From: Octopus sinensis
Lineage: Eukaryota
Length of the DNA stretch: 64,000 nt
Direction: 5' to 3'
NCBI RefSeq assembly: GCF_006345805.1
Contig: NC_043014.1
Span: 53,320,001-53,384,000, forward strand
Shown: piece by piece, positions 62,481 through 64,000 of the stretch
Layout of the letters: the number at the start of each line of letters is the position of its first letter
How positions within the stretch are numbered: the stretch's first letter is position 1
The notes under the pieces: generated by a model
What the model saw: the letters and a program-made list of their open reading frames with translations, nothing else
The model's database searches: none
What the model was told of the DNA's origin: nothing
Position numbers and translations under genes: made by a program

Positions 62481-63682
62481 GAGGATAGATAAATAAATAG
62501 ATAGATAGATACATTGATTGATTGATAGCTAGATAGATAGACAGATAGAGAGAGAGAGATAGAGATATCTATGTATGTATTATTTAAACCAGAGTGATTC
62601 CCCCCCCCCCATGCGACTTTAAGTTTCGGAGGCTTGTTTGCAGAACCGTTGCTCGTCTGGCTCAGATAGGTCAGGGTTACATAATCAGGCTGTTGAACCC
62701 CCAACTGCCAAACTGATTGGTAAAATCGGCCTTAATTGATATAGAATAGAGTAGGCTTCCATTGAGATTTATGTGTGTTTCATAAGAGTAGGGTTAATGT
62801 AGGGAACACAGCCACTAGTGTAGGTGGGTGGGGCGGTACGGGCGGCGCTTTTAAAGGGGCATCACTTTTGGGTCTGTGTTTTTTGTGGAGTCTTGGAGCA
62901 GTAGACGGAAGGGCCGCTCCGGGCGGTACACACTCTAGCTACGCCAGTGAATACAGCATTCCTGTCAAATGGCCACGGTTGGACTTTCAAGCACAGATGA
63001 CATGATCCAGCCGCTGCGGATTCTATTATTCAACCAATTCTTATTTTATCAAACCTCAAAAGACGAAAGGCAAAGTCATGTATCCCCCCCCCCCTCAAAA
63101 AAAGGGGAAGGAAGGATACATTAGTAATGGTTTGAATGTCTTTGGATATCGTTCTGCTCAATCAGGACAGACCTAGGGCTAAACAAACACAGCGACAATA
63201 ACTTTATCTGAAGCAAAAACATCATTTGATATAACACCCACACACACATACCCACCCCCCACACACACTCTGCCACACAGCTGAAGGAATCTACGAAACC
63301 TGAAGGAATTTTTTCCTGACTCCTTTGAATCGTTATAAGATTAGGCAAGACGCCAAACAGTGCTTATTTATGGCCATTTACTTTCGAGGTTCGAATCCCA
63401 CTAAAACCCAATTTATCGTTTAATCTTCCTGGTTCCATAAATATTTCAGCTTTCATCTTTTCGGAGTCGATGAGTACCAGTTGAATACGGGGGTTGGGGT
63501 AACTTCTCCCCCGAAATTGCCGGTCTTATGACAACATTTGAAACCATTATTATTCCAGTTTTCTTTCGGTTTATACTGATAAAATATAAATATAAAAACT
63601 GCCTCCTTTTTCACCCTGTCCAACCCTACTTTTATTTTCAAACATTTTCTCAAGTTTTTTGGGGAGGGGGTTAAGTTTACAG

Positions 63683-63998
63683 CATAGGTTCTCAGAATGG
63701 GCCCTACAGTCCCCCCCCCGGTGGGCATTGAGAGGGTCCAGATGAGCACTGGTGTCTAAGGGAGCTGTAGAGAAAGGGGAGGCGTTGGAAGGAAGGCAGT
63801 GGATTAGGGGACGCTTATGAATTTATAATATTCTTATAGTATTGTATACAAATTATATAATATTATATTAAATACCAAATGATTCATAGTATATAAATTA
63901 GTAAAATATTTATTTACACATAAAAATAGGGGTGGGGACGCCGAGGGTATTATGTGGGCATGAGAGGGGCGATGACCCCAAAAGTTTGACAACCTCTG
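63683..63998. mobile_element. Probable hAT-type MITE
   Basis: Left CATAGGTTCTCAGA; right end is the reverse complement of CAGAGGTTGTCAAAC, resembling hAT CAGTGGTTCTCAA ends. The TSD cannot be checked at the window edge. Confidence 0.5.
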
Positions 63999-64000
63999 CT

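Overview
AT-rich, microsatellite- and SINE-dense animal genomic DNA. The repeat families resemble those I recall from Octopus/coleoid cephalopods; this species assignment is inference. The main gene is a + strand USP2/USP21-type ubiquitin-specific protease. I assembled it by hand from 12 coding exons (ATG 21470 to TGA 54399, 1767 nt, 588 aa). All intron phases are compatible, and the Cys/His/Asn-Asp catalytic motifs are intact but divergent. One intron (49606-50518) is a minor-spliceosome (U12-type) GT-AG intron. The rest of the window is mostly transposon material: a decayed Helitron with RepHel remnant, non-autonomous Helitrons, a 1-kb MITE with 8-bp TSD, smaller MITEs, CR1/RTE/L2-like LINE fragments and at least five SINE/dispersed repeat families. 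The best unexplained signals are on the minus strand. One is an RFX X-box promoter-like region at about 61.9 kb followed by a chain of small exons with near-consensus splice sites. The other is a CpG-rich island inside the largest USP intron, with a phase-compatible chain of antisense exons that may be a nested gene. Most ORFs in the supplied six-frame track are microsatellite or repeat artefacts.
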